From Leucoraja erinacea (lineage: Eukaryota): DNA of 64,000 nt. Within the stretch, counting starts at the first letter, position 1. The number at the start of each line of letters is the position of its first letter. The notes below the pieces were generated by a model that saw only the letters and a list, made by a program, of their open reading frames with translations, had not been told where the DNA came from and did not search any database. The position numbers were made by a program, and so were the translations under genes. The stretch covers positions 31,496,001 to 31,560,000 of the forward strand of contig NC_073387.1 in assembly GCF_028641065.1 (NCBI RefSeq), in the 5' to 3' direction. Shown in pieces: positions 1 through 12,912 of this stretch.

Positions 1-670
1 CCTTCTTAACCAACCTTCCATGAGGAACCTTGTCAAAGGTCTTACTAAAGTCCATATAGACACCATCCACATAGACAACATCCACTGCTTTACCCTCGTC
101 AATTTCCCTAGTAACCTCTTCAAAAAATTCAAGAAGATTAGTCAAACATGACCTTCCAGGCACAAATCCATGTTGACTGTTCCTAATCAGACCCTGTTTA
201 TCCAGATGCTTATATATATATTATCTCTAAGTATCTTTTCCATTAATTTGCCCACCACTGAAGTCAAACTAACAGGTCTATAATTGCTAGGTTTATTCTT
301 AGAACCCTTTTTAAACAATGGAACAACATGCGCAGTACGCCAATCCTCAGGGACTATTCCCGTTTCTAATGACATTTGAAATATTTCTGTCATAGCCCCG
401 GCTATTTCTACACTAACTTCCCTCAATGTCCTAGGGAATATCCTGTCAGGACCTGGAAACTTATCCACTTTTATATTTTTCAAAAGTGTCAGTATTTCTT
501 TTACTTTGAACTTCATAGTATCCATAGCTACTCTACTCGTTTCCCTTACCTCACATAATTCAATATCCTTCTCCTTGGTGAATACTGAAGAAAAAAAATT
601 GTGCAATATCTCCCCCATCTCTTTTGGCTCTGCAGATAGCTGCCCACTCTGTCTCTCCAATGGACCAATT
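1..670 (-). mobile_element. CR1 LINE fragment (ORF2 RT region), 5'-truncated, runs off the window start
   Basis: ORF 187..660 has KFPGPDRI...VPEDWRTAHVVPLFKKG...NYRPVSLTSVVGKLME, typical CR1 RT; very similar to the copy at 32300-32950. Confidence 0.95.
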
Positions 671-1030
671 TCAATGCAGAAGAAAGACTTTGAAATGTGT
701 GTTCATATGTTTTAGATTTTGTTGTGTTTTTAAGCAAACTGTGATCTATTGCATCATGACAAATATTTCAAAAGTAATTAAACAAATATAGAGTAATTCA
801 GCAGGGAATAATGCTCTTTAGCATTACTGTTCCATGCCCTATCTAAGCAAATCCCATTTACCCATGTTTGGCCCATATCCCTCCAAAACTTTCCTATCCA
901 TGTATCTATCTGAATGTTTTCTAAATGTTGTTATTGTACCTTCCTCAATTACTTCCACTGGAAGCTTGTACCGACCACACTTTGTGCGATAAAGTTGTCC
1001 TGGATTCCTATTAAACCTTTACCTCTCATC

Positions 1031-2072
1031 TAGCAATGTTACAACATTTTGAGATTTAAAAAATCAAATCTTTAATTTATCCCATCAGACAAAGCATAAA
1101 AAGAAGTTTAATTTGACACCTAATTCACTTTCATATCTTCAGTATTAAAAAAGTTATGGCCATTTCCATACTCGGAAATTGGCATCTTGTTCCCTTTTGC
1201 TTTTTCATTGACTTAACACAAAAGCTGTGATCGAGAACATTTAAAAGCCCATAACTTTCTTAAGAGGACTGAAATAAATTTTCAGTTATTATGGATTGAA
1301 GCATTCTGAAACAAATATGAAACAATCTTACTTAGATGACTTGAAATTAAAGCATATAATTAGTTAGTTGCCTAATTGTAGCTAATTACAAAATTCAATT
1401 ACTAGATCTAAATATCTATCCATTTCTTAAGAATAGATTAACATTTTAAATAGCCTAAGTGTTCAAATAACATTCACACAAGAATTCAGAACATAACATA
1501 ATTTTTAAATCTCATTGTCACGGGTTTATAGTCCAAATGGATGGAATGTAATGTTTAATACCTGTAAATTAATGGCCATTTAAATCACCTTGCCTGTGGG
1601 ATTTTCTGGAACGGGACCATTTGGAACGTTGAGGCTGCAGTGATTTAGTCCCCCATATCGGCAGCAAATACACCGCCGGTACTTCGGGGAAAAAAAATCA
1701 CCGTTTCCACAACTTAAAATGTGAATTAAATGCATCTGAAGAAACACTATTATACATAAAAATAAACAACTTTATTTTACCTGTCCCCTACATAAAATCC
1801 GGCCCCGTTGTCGGCATTGACGGCTTCAGAAGCTCATTTTAAAATCACTCCAGCGATTAACTTGTCGGGCAAATTTTTATTTTAAAACATACAGAACGGC
1901 CGTAGGAACGATTCTTTAGCAACATCTTGCACTCCAACAAAATATAATCCAGGACCAGGTCAGAAAAAAAAACGCATTTTAACCCCGCCCCACCCTCAAA
2001 CGCGCCAAAATCGCGCACACAGCCAGTGGTAGAATTGCAACGCCGCTGAAGGTAAGTATTGTAACATACCTA
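1031..2072. mobile_element. Non-autonomous DNA transposon with imperfect 14-bp TIRs and a 7-bp TSD
   Basis: Left end TAGCAATGTTACAA; right end TTGTAACATACCTA (reverse complement TAGGTATGTTACAA); TCTCATC at 1024-1030 and 2073-2079; the host CR1 resumes across it. Confidence 0.8.
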
Positions 2073-3577
2073 TCTCATCTTAATCTGAGGGGCAACTTTT
2101 AAACCTTTCAACCAATGCCCTCTGATTCTTGACTCCCCAACACTGGAAAAAAGACTGTGCATTCGCCCTATCTATTTCCCTCATTATTTTATACACTATC
2201 TCTCCGTTCTGCTGCGATCTAAGTCTAAGCCTTCCCTTAAGTCCTGGCAGCACTCCTGTGCATCCTTTGTAGGTTAATGACATATTTCCTATATCAGGTT
2301 AACCCAAATTAATCATTGTAATATATTCATGCATATTCATGTATATGCTAATGATCCAGCCAGCCTGCGTGTAAGTTGTTATTCATTCTGCTGTCCGGAA
2401 TATAACAATAATAATACTCCAAGTGCGGTCTCACCAACCACTTACTAACTATAACATAACGTCACAACCGTTGCACTCATTTCCCTAAATGATGAAGGCC
2501 AACATGCCAAAAGTCTTCTTCGCTACTATGTACCCTGAAAATGGATCTTGTGCTCCAAGAACAATCTGCTCTAAAATAGTTCCCAGGCCCCTACCATTCA
2601 CTGAGAAGGTCCAGCCTGCTTTGCCTTTCCATATGCAGTACCTTCCACATCTGCATTAAATCCCATTTACCATCCCTCAGCCGACTTGCCCAGCTGATCC
2701 CTATATAGTACTTGAAAACCATCTTCACTGTCTATTATACCATTTTAGTGTCGTCCCGAAGTTTACTAATCATGTCTTGTACATTCTCATCCAAATCATT
2801 GATATAGGTGGCAAGCGACAATGGGTCCAGCACCAATCCCTGAGATACACCACTAATTATAAGCCTCCAATCTGAGAAACAACCTACCACCACCACCTTC
2901 CTACCATGAAGCCAATTCTATATCCAGTTTGCCAGCTCTCCGTGATCCTATGTAAACTAACCTTCCAGTGCATCCAAAAATGTGGAACCTTTCCAAAGGT
3001 CCCGCTGAAGTCCATGAAAAGTATGTCTATGGTCCAAACCTCATCAACCTTCTTAGCTACTTCTTCACAAAACTCAATCAATTTCATGGAACATGACCTC
3101 CCACATACAAAGCCATTGAATATCCCTAATCAACACCTGTCTATCTAGATGTACGTATATTTAAACCCTCAGAATCATCTCCAGTAACTTTCCTACCAAA
3201 GATGTTAGATTGACTGTTCCCAGATTTTTCTTAGCAGCACAACATTAACAATCTCCAATTTTCATCCAGTACCTCACCTGTGCCCAATGGTGATTCGTAT
3301 ATCGCAGCCAGGATTGCTCCAAATTCTTCTTTAGCTCCCCACCGTGTCCCTGGAAATATCAGATGCAGCCAAGGAGATTTATCACCTCCTTGACTGTAAT
3401 ATGGACTGTCCTCAACACATCTCCATTATCTTTCCCAGGTTCACTGGTCTTCATATCTTTCTCTGTGGTTAAAGCAGAAGAAAAATATTCATTGAGGACC
3501 TTTCCCATCTCTTGCAGCTCTACTTTGGATTCTGACATCACCTAATCTCTCTATAATTACCCTCTTTCATATAACTT

Positions 3578-4038
3578 ATATACTATTAAAAGTTTCATCT
3601 TGTATGTGTGTGTGTGTCTGTATGTGTGTGTTTTTCTACCTTCGTCAAAACGCTACATGGTAGCGCTTAAATCTTTATATAGTCTGACTCATATTTTTCC
3701 CCTCCACACAGTTATCAGGTTCACTTAAGATTTCATCCTATGATTCAAGTTTTAAAAAAAGGCACAAAAAACAGTTATCACACACAGCCTTTTTCCAGGA
3801 CTTTCAAATGATGATGTCACAATGCCACTCACAGTGCACCAATCACAATGGGCTCTCAAGCTGCCCTTTTTTCCAGGAGCTTCCAGTAATGATAATCACT
3901 ATGGGCTCTCAAGATGCTGACTGCCACACCCCCTGCCCCCTCCCACTCCCCCCCACGTTATTCACACCCCTGCCACCACCTCACCCCACCAGGGTATTCA
4001 CACCCCCCCCCCCCCCCCCCCCCCCCCCCCGGGTTAGT
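3578..4038 (+). mobile_element. Helitron-like non-autonomous insert with (TG)n, an internal repeat and poly-C
   Basis: 5' end TATACTATTAAAAGTTTCATCTTG resembles the 5' end of the insert at about 55750; no TSD seen; interrupts CR1. Confidence 0.45.
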
Positions 4039-5662
4039 CATGATTAAAGTTAAAACACCGTTTAAAACACCAGCTTCCAGTGACGTCACAATGCCCCCCT
4101 CCCCCACCAACCTTTGTTGTTGCTGATCCCAAAAGGGGTTTATCCACTAATACTTCAGTCACTTGCTCTGCCCAATTCCCAAAAAAGGTTAAGCTTTGCA
4201 CTCTTCCTTGTAGGGCCCTCCACACATTGTCTGAACACACTTTGCGCTCCATCCAAGCCTTATGTCCGTCCGAATCATTTATGGGAAAATTAAAGTTCCC
4301 TTCTATGGGAACCCTATTTGTCTCACAGTGGCAATCTCATGGCATATTTTTTTGTTGAATTCCCAATGACTATAGTATTATTCCAACAAGAAGATCATTC
4401 TCTTTTTATTTCCCAGCTCCACTCATATGGCCTCCCTGGATGATCCTTCAGTAATGTCATCTCTGACTACTGCCAATCATCCTCCTTAATCAATAAAGCA
4501 ACTCATCCTCCTCTTTTACCCCCTCCTCTATCTCACCAGCAGCACCTGCACTTTAAACATTAAGCTACCAGTCTTGACCCTCCATTAGCCAGGTTTCTGC
4601 AATGGCCATGACATCCCAAATGTGCACACTTATCCATCCACCTTACCTGTCAGACCTCCATTGAAATAAATGGAATTTAATTCAGCAGTCTTTCTCGCTC
4701 CCATCTATGCTCCTACTTATCCTGCCTATTGACTTTTCTGTAATTGTTTTCTTTACTGACTTCTAGTCTCCCACATCATTTGCTTTTGTATTAGATTCCA
4801 TCTCCCGGCCATTCTGATTGAAACCCTCATGAGTAGCACGAGCAAACCTGCCTGGCAGGATAATGGTCCCTTTCCAGTTCAGGTATAACCCATCCCTCTT
4901 GTACAGATCACAACTGCCCCAGATGAGATCCATCGGCTCAAACGTCTGAATCCCTGCCCCTTGAAACAATTGTCTTCCTCTTCTTACACTCACTTGGCAC
5001 TTGGAGTAATCCGGAGTTCTCTATCCTTGAGAAAACCTCATCCCTGTTCCCACATAATGCATTTGTGCCAATGTGATCAATTACCTTTGGCTGCTCACCT
5101 TTCCCCTGAAGAATATTCTGCATTCTGAACACTGGTGCCAGGGAGACACCACACCACCCTGGAATCTCATTTGCTGCCACAGAATCTCCTGTCTCTCCCC
5201 TAACTAATGAGTCTCCTATCACTGTGGCTCTGAGTGTCCTCACACTTCCCCGCTGTGCCTCTGAGCCTGGCCTAGTGCCACAGACTTGACTGCTGCTGTT
5301 GCTCTCCTCTGAAAGGTTATTCTCCCCAACAGTATCCAACAGGGTGGAATGTTTTGGAGGGGATTCTTGCATTCTGGTCACAGGAGATTCCTGTACTCTC
5401 TGTACTTCCTTTCTTGATAGTCACCCATCCACTTTCTCCTTGCACCTTAGGTGTGGTCACCTCACTATAACCCCTATCTATGACACACTCATTCTCCCGG
5501 ACGATCCTGTGATTGCCCAGTCACAGCTCCAGTCCCCTTTCATGGTCAGTCAGGAGCTGCAGTTAGATGCACTTCCTACTGATAAAGTTTTAGGTGAAAA
5601 TGTTCATGTTGTTGCATGCAAAATGTTTTAAGTGTTTTACAATATTTTTTCTTCTATTTTAC

Positions 5663-6302
5663 GTGGCACAGTGGTCCAATTGGTAGAGCTAATGCCTCAC
5701 AGTGTAGTGACCTGGGTTTGATCCTGATCTCGGGTATTGTCTGTGCAGAGTTTGCATGTTCTCCTTGTGACCACAAGGATTTCCTCCGGGTGCTCCAGTT
5801 TCCTCCCACATCCAGAAGATGTGCGGGTTTGTAGGTTAATTGGCTTCTGTAAGTTGTACCTAGCGTGTGGATAAATGTTGGCCCTAGCGTATGGGTGAAC
5901 GTTGGTCGCTGTGGATTTGGTTGGCCGAAGGACCTGTTTCCACATTGTATCTCTAAACTAAGCCTGACCTTCAGACATTTCCCTATATTTGGCCTCTGTT
6001 AATTACCCCTAATGTGTAGGGAGTGGATGAGAAAGTGGGATAACATAGAACTAGTGTGTGAACAAGTGATCGATGGTTGGTGTGTACTGAGTAGACTGAC
6101 AGTCCTGTTTCTATGCTGTGTCACTGAATGAAACAACAAAACCAATAGGCCTCTGAAAATTGCCTCTAGTGTGTAGGGAGTGAATGTGAAAATAAGATAA
6201 CAGAATTAGTTTGAATGGGTGATCAATGTTCGGTGTGGAATCGCTGGGCCAAAGAACATGTTTCCATGCTGTATCTCTGACCTGAACTGAACTGAACTGA
6301 AG
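5663..6302 (+). mobile_element. tRNA-derived SINE (HE1/V-SINE-like) followed by two extra copies of the SINE 3' portion
   Basis: A/B-box-like head (TGGTCCAATTGG...GGTTTGATCC), core GTTTGCATGTTCTCC, CR1-like tail GGCCGAAGGACCTGTTTCC; tail repeated at about 5990-6130 and 6148-6300 ending (CTGAA)n. Confidence 0.8.
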
Positions 6303-6343
6303 TTAAATTATTTTTGAATGTTATATATTTTCTTTTCTTTAGT

Positions 6344-7090
6344 CTAGTGACGGCCTGGAGAGACTGCTGACCAGAGGGAATAGACCCCACCAGGGCTGGC
6401 ATGGGCCAGCACCTCATGCCAGCAGGATCCATCACTAATCAGCATTTTGGATCCACCCTCGACTATGAATAAGAGAACTAGCATAGCAATTGACAGAGCA
6501 GCAGCCCCGGCAGAACATAAGCTACGAAGCTGCATCTGTGGCTGGGAAAAGATAACATCAGAGAAGGGTCTCAAGATCCACCAGGGCAGGGAAAAGTGCC
6601 TGGGAGAGCTTGGTGTGGGGCCTCGCATTGACCATTACCTTCTAAGAGGTAGGCCAAATCAGTCGAGTGAAGCCCAGTGGCAGGTTAATCACCACAGTCC
6701 ACATGGTATCAGCACCCCAGGCGAAGCTTAACCAAGTACTGTCCACCAACGGACACGAGCCCAGAGCCCAACCAGCCACAGTCAGCGGTAGTGAGAAAGA
6801 TGGAAAGGAAAAAGCAGACTGGAGCAGTCACTGGCTGTGGTTGAAGAGAAAAGATGCTGTCAGGGCTGCCACGTGACCATCTAGAGGCTAACCATAAGAC
6901 ACACACCCAGGGCTGATCACCCTGCGGTGGGCCTGCCTTGACTGAGGGTGTCTTGTGATAAAAGGCCGAAACACCCAGTGATGTTGAGGTTCACAACTGA
7001 AGATGTGTCTGATTGGTGGCAAATTATCTAGTGGTCACCCCCAAGAATACCGGTGTCAGTTGTGGTGAAGAACCTTAGGGATTGTAACAT
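6344..7090 (+). mobile_element. Internally deleted HERO/R2-group non-LTR element
   Basis: N-terminal zinc-finger CICGWEKITSEKGLKIHQGREKC joined to C-terminal SSHWLWLKRKD, then a 3' UTR-like GGGTGT...GAAACACCC; no RT between them. Confidence 0.6.
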
Positions 7091-7550
7091 CCAGTCCTAC
7101 TAATCAATTTGGTCTATGTCGTTTGATATTTTCTGAATTCAATATAATTTATAATTATACTACTAGCTATGCCAGAGGCATAGTTTACATATCTGTTAAA
7201 GATTTGTTTAGTAGTTCCGTGGGCAAGCATTGTTCTGCTCCCACCAATTCCCCACTTCCTGGGAGGGCAATCGTGATGCAGGGTCTTGCCAATGAGGAGG
7301 TGGCCAGCTTCTTCCTGTGAGTTCCTTTTGACAGATACCTACAAGGGAATTTTGAATTTTATATCAAGAGCATATGTGAGGCAAAACAACTTGTTTCTCC
7401 TTGCCAAATCTAGGCAATTGTGATTCTGAAGCCAGTCCTCTGAGCAAATATGAAAGTCTAAAGAATGTGACATCTATCATTGTTAAATGGTAAAATGGAC
7501 ATTATGTATTGGCTGCCTATTCAGTGTTTTGTTTCCAGTTGGTCCAATTA

Positions 7551-8556
7551 CAGTGCCCTCCATAATGTTTGGGACAAAGACACAACTTTTATTTATTTGC
7601 CTCTGAAATCCACAATTTGAGATTTGCAATAGAAAAAAATATCACAAAGTTAAAGTGAACATTGTCAGATTTTATTTAAGGCCATTTTAATACATTTTGG
7701 TTTCACCATGTAGAAATTACAGCTCTGTTTATATAGTCCCCCCCCATTTCAGGGCACCATAATGTTTGGAACCCATGGCTTCACAGGTGTTTGTAGTAGC
7801 TCAGGTGTGTTTAATTGCCTCCTTAATGCAGGTATAAGAGAGCTCTCAGCACCATTGGAAATGTTTATTGCTGTTTATCAACATGAGGACCAAAGTTGAG
7901 CCAATCAAAGTCAAAGAAGCCATTATGAGACTGAGAAACAAGAATAAAACTGTTAGAGACATCAGCCAAACTGGCTTATCAAAATCAACTGTTTGGAACA
8001 TCATTAAGAAGAGAGCACTGGTGAGCTTACTAATCATAAAGGGACTGGTAGGCCAAAGAAGACATCCACAGCGGAATTATCTCTATAATAAAGAAAAATC
8101 CCCAAACACCTGTCCAACAGATCAGAAACACTGTTCAGGAGTCAGGTGTGGATTTGTCAATGACCACTGTCCACAGAAGGCTTTATGAACAGAAATACAG
8201 AGGCTACACTGCAAGATGCAAACCACTGATTAGCCACAAAAATAGGATGGCCAGGTTAATGTTTGCAATAAGTACTTAAAAGAGCAACTACAGTTCTGGA
8301 AAAAGATCTCGTGGACAGATGAGATGAAGATTAACATATCAGAGTGATGGCAAGAGCAAAGTATGGAGGTGAGAAGGAACTGCCCAAGATCCAAAGCATT
8401 CCACGTCATCTGTGAAACACAGTGGTGGGGGTGTTATGGCCTGGGCATGTCTGGCTGCTGAAGGTACTGGCTCACATATCTTTAATGATGATACAACTAC
8501 TGATGGTAGTAGCATAATGAATTCTGAAGTGTATAGACACATCCTATCTGCTATTG
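7551..8556 (+). mobile_element. Tc1/mariner transposon, left TIR plus decayed transposase, 3'-truncated
   Basis: TA|CAGTGCCCTCCATAATGTTTGG start with inner direct repeat at about 7757; MRTKVEPIKVKEAIMRLR HTH; WTDE and VKHSGGGVMAWAC motifs in DNA at about 8310-8450. Confidence 0.9.
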
Positions 8557-8559
8557 AGA

Positions 8560-9932
8560 TATGGATGTCCATATAGTCCCCGAGGATTGGCGTACTGCGC
8601 ATGTTGTTCCATTGTTTAAAAGGGGTTCTAAGAGTAAACCTAGCAATTATAGGCCTGTTAGTTTGACCTCAGTGGTGGGCAAATTAATGGAAAAGATACT
8701 TAGAGATAATATATATATAAGCATCTGGATAAACAGGGTCTGATTAGGAACAGTCAGCATGGATTTATGCCTGGAAGGTCATGTTTGACTAATCTTCTTG
8801 AATTTTTTGAAGCGATTACTAGGGAAATTGACGAGGGTAAAGCAGTGGATGTTGTCTATATGGACTTTAGTAAGGCCTTTGACACGGTTCCTCATGGAAG
8901 GTTGGTTAAGAAGGTTCAACTGTTGGGTATAAATGCACGATAGCAAAATGGATTCAACAGTGGCTGAATGGGAGAAGCCAGAGGGTAATGGTGGATGGTT
9001 GTTTGTCGGGTTGGAGGCAGGTGACTAGTGGGGTGCCTCAGGGATTGGTGTTGGGTCCTTTGTTGTTTGTTATGTACATCAATGATCTGGATGAAGGTGT
9101 GGTAAATTGGATTAGTAAATATGCAGATGATACCAAGATTGTGGATAATGCAAGTGTTGTGGATAATGAAGAGGATTTTTAAAGTCTACAGAGTGATGCT
9201 GAGTTTAATGCTGAATAAATACAGTTGAGTTCATAGTTCCTTGAAGGTGGAATCTCATATAGATAGGGTGGTAAAGAAAGCTTTTGGTATGCTAGCCTTT
9301 ATAAATCAGAGCATTGAGTATAGAAGCTGGGATGTAATGTTAAAATTGTACAAGGCATTGGTGAGACCAAATCTGGAGTATGGTGTACAATGTTGGTCAC
9401 CCAATTATAGGAAGGATGTCAACAAAATATAGAGAGTACAGAGGAGATTTCCTTGAATGCTGCCTGGGTTTCAACAACTAAGTTACAGAGAAAGGTTGAA
9501 TAAGTTAGGTCTTTATTCTCTGGAGCAGAGAAGGTTAAGGGGGGACTTGATAGAGGTCTTTAAAATGTTGAGAGGGATAGACAGTTGATGTGGATCAGCT
9601 TTTCCCTTTGAGAATAGGGAAGATTCAAACAAGAGGACATGACTTCAGAATTAAGGGACAGAAGTTTAGGGGTAACATGAGGGGGAACTTCTTTACTCGG
9701 AGAGTGGTAGCGGTGTGGAATGAGCTTCCAGTGGAAGTGGTGGAGGCTGGTTCGTTGGTATCATTTAAAAATAAATTGGATAGGCATATGGATGAGAAGG
9801 GAATGGAGGGTTATGGTACGAGTGCAGGCAGGTGGGACTAAGGGGAAAAAAAGTTGTTCGGCACGGACTTGTAGGGCCGAGATGGACTGTTTCCGTGCTG
9901 TAATTGTTATATGGTTATATGGTTATATGGTT
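8560..9932 (+). mobile_element. CR1 LINE, 5'-truncated, with intact 3' tail
   Basis: RT motifs GVPQG and KYADDTK; 3' tail (TTATATGG)n at about 9907-9932. Confidence 0.95.
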
Positions 9933-10351
9933 AATTAAATGTAACATCTCCAAGTTTGCAGATGGTGCAAAGATGGGTGGCAGTGTGAACTGTGAGGAAG
10001 ATGCTATGAGGCTGCACGGCGACTTAGATAGGTTGGGGGAGTGGGCAGATGCATGGAAAATGCAGTATAATGTGGATAAATGTGAGGTTAACCACTTTGG
10101 TGGCAAGAACAAGATGGCAGATTATTATCTGAATGGTGTCAGATTCGGAAAAGGGGTGGTGCAACTGGGTGTCTTTGTACATCAGTCATTGAAAGTAAGC
10201 ATGCAGGTTGAGCAGGCAGTGAAGAAAGCAAATGGCATGTTGGCCTTCGTAGCGAGAGGATTTGAGCAAGGAGGTCCTACTGCAGTTTTACAGGAACTGA
10301 CATAAGATGAAAGAATGGAGCGACTGGACTTAGATCGACTGGAATTTAGAA

Positions 10352-10838
10352 AGATACAGATACAGATACAAATATACAAGGAATATATTAGCCAAGGATG
10401 TAAGAACATACAAGAAATTTGATTTGCTATATGGTCATACCAAAAAAGCATGAAGACATACAACTACATAAAAATTAAGCTCCTGCGATTTATCTTCTTC
10501 CCCCTTTTTCTCCTGCGGTTGGAGCTCCTGAAGTTGCTCCCTGACAAAGGGATCGCAAGCTCCACGATGTTAAGTCTGCAGGCTTCCGAGGTTGGAGCTC
10601 CTAAAAGTCGATCCTCAGCAAAGGGACCGCCAGCTCCATGATGTTAGGCCGCAGTGCGGACGGAGATACAATATGGAAAAAGTTTTCCTCCGTCGAGGAA
10701 AGAGATTAAAAAAAAGTTTCCCCCCCCCCCCCACATAATACAAAACTAAAGATACATGAAAAAATACATTTATCAACAAACTAAAAACAACAAAATAAGG
10801 AAAGGACAAGACAGACTGTTAGCGAGGCTGCCATTGTA
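10352..10838 (-). repeat. Unclassified retroposon 3' fragment with microsatellite tail, related to 21710-22466
   Basis: Reverse complement begins GGCAGCCTCGCTAACAGTCTGTCT as at about 21713; tail (GATACA)n at 10352-10369. Confidence 0.6.
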
Positions 10839-10881
10839 TGAAAAATGAGAGGGGATCTTATACAATCATATAAAACTCTTA

Positions 10882-11199
10882 AGGGGCTGTCGCACTGTAT
10901 GAGCTAATTCAAGAGTTCTCCCGAGTTACCCCTGATTCGAACTCGGAGAATTACGGTAATAACCGCTCATAGGTACTCGGGGCTCTCGTGGACATTTTTC
11001 AACATGTTGAAAATCTTCACGAGTCTTCACGAGCTTACCACGTTTCCCAAGTACCTGCCGTTAGCATTACGAGCCACTAAGAGCCGTCCTGAGCTCCGAC
11101 GTACCCGTTACGTACATTCTACGTGCTTGCCACGAGTTTGATTTTTTTTTTTGCACTCGGGAGAGCTCTTGAATTAGCTCGTGCAATGGGACAGCCCTT
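10882..11199. mobile_element. PIF/Harbinger-like MITE
   Basis: Long TIR AGGGGCTGTCGCACTGTATGAGCTAATTCAAGAG / CTCTTGAATTAGCTCGTGCAATGGGACAGCCCTT; TTA at 10879-81 and 11200-02. Confidence 0.8.
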
Positions 11200-12274
11200 T
11201 TAAATGCAGGGAAAATGTTCCCAATGTTGGTGAAGACCAGAACCAGGGGTCACAGTTTCACAATAAGAGATACGCAATTGAGGACTAAGATGAAGAAAAT
11301 CATTTTTACCTGGAGAGTTGTGAATCTGTGGAACTCTCTGCCACAGAAGGCAGTGGAGGCCAATTCACTAGATGTTTTCAAGAGAGTGTTAGATATAGCT
11401 CTTTGGGCTAATGGAATCAAGGAATATGGGGAGAAAGCTGGAACGGTTATTGATTTTGAACGATCAGCCATGATCATATTGAATGGCGATGCTGGCTCGA
11501 AGGGCCGAATGGCCTACTCCTGGACCTAAAGTATTTTCTATGTCACTATAATTTCACTGCGCGTTTGCACTTCGTGCATGTGACAATAAGCATTGAACCA
11601 TTAACAATATAGCCCAAAATTGTGACAAAATATCTCTGGTTCACTGGTCTAGATTTCTCCATTCACAATCATGCTGTGTTTTTGAACAATACCTTCGATA
11701 TTAGGAGTTGAATATGGAAACCAAGCACTGATCTGAACTACATGAATGTATTCATAGAACCAATACTTAGAAATATTAATAAAATACTAATAACAGAGGT
11801 AATGGCCCCGCAGTCCCCGAAGAGGTTTTTCTTCAAACCTCCCACCCCAAAGAAAAGAAAATGATGAGTAATGGATTGAGCATGTATAGAAATCAAGTTG
11901 AAACTTCAAATGGTAAAATTTGATGCCAGCTAAGTACTTGTTTACTTTTAATTAGAGGAATCAGTGTGATTGAAAAGTTCCTGATTACAGTGTTTAGTGT
12001 GCCAAATGACTCTTCTGTCTGCCTCACAAGCACCCAAGAAGCTCTGAGGTAAAACATAACAAATGTACACAGTTAATACAAAATACAAGCACTGTGGGTG
12101 GCCTGCAGGCGTAGAGTTAAAGATGAACTACACCTCTGGTGAGTTTCTTTCCTAACAACTCCTTCCAACACATGATGATTGCAGGCTATGTGTCCTGCCT
12201 CCACTGGCATCCTAGGTTCAAAATGAACAGAGGCAATAAAAATCAGAGAATAAATTAGATCAATTCCCTCATTT

Positions 12275-12450
12275 AGACACAGACATAGAGCATTGAAAAG
12301 TAGATGCAGGAGTTTGGCCATTTGGCCCTTCGAGCCAGCACCGCCATTCAATATGATCATGGCTGATCATCCAAAATCATTACCCCAATCCTGCTTTTCC
12401 CTCATTGATTCCATTAGCCCTAAGAGCTAAATCTAACTCTCTCTTGAAAC
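12275..12450 (-). mobile_element. CR1 3' tail fragment
   Basis: GGCCCTTCGAGCCAGCACCGCCATTCAATATGATCATGGCTGATC, the reverse of the CR1 3' UTR. Confidence 0.8.
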
Positions 12451-12680
12451 CATCAACTCCCTTTTCTCATGCTCGCCCATCTACTTTCTTCCTGTACCTT
12501 AGGCATGGCCACCTTACTATAACTTCTATTTATGAAGCTTTCATTCTTCAAGACAATCCTGAGGTCATCCAGTCACAGCTCCAGTTCCCTGAAGTGGTCT
12601 ATAAGGGGTTGCACCTGGACACAATTCCCACAGCTGTAGTCATCAGGGACACCAGCAGTTTTTCTGACTTGCAGGAGTAA

Positions 12681-12912
12681 CCTGTCCCACTTAGGAAACC
12701 TGAACGGAAACCTCTGGAGACTTTGCACCCCACCCAAGGTTTCCGTGCAGTTCCCGGAGGTTGCAGGTGGTTGCCGAAGGTTGCAGGTGGTGGAAGCAGG
12801 TAGGGAGACTGACAAAAACCTCCGGGTACCTTCGGGAACCGCACGGAAACCTTGGGTGGGGCACAAAGTCTCCAGAGGTTTCCGTTCAGGTTTCCTAAGT
12901 GGGACAGGGGCA
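12681..12912. mobile_element. Hairpin MITE (Harbinger-like), copy 1
   Basis: About 75-bp TIRs CCTGTCCCACTTAGGAAACCTGAACGG...; flanked by TAA and TAA. Confidence 0.85.

Larger units (their letters stand above)
825..5590 (-). mobile_element. Old near-full-length CR1 LINE (3' end, RT, endonuclease, esterase ORF1), interrupted at 1031-2072 and about 3578-4038
   Basis: Minus-strand remnants FMDFSGTFGKVPH (2884..3087), EMGKVLNEYFSS (3359..3541), RDGLYLNWKGT (4763..4993) and VIGDSLVRG/HIGTN (SGNH esterase, 4938..5381) are collinear. Confidence 0.8.
9933..11545 (+). mobile_element. CR1 LINE 3' fragments of a second subfamily, interrupted at 10352-10838 and 10882-11199
   Basis: ISKFADGAK...YNVDKC (9904..10305); TRGHSF...RVVNLWNSLP (11215..11529); 3' UTR GGGCCGAATGGCCTACTCC. 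Confidence 0.85.
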
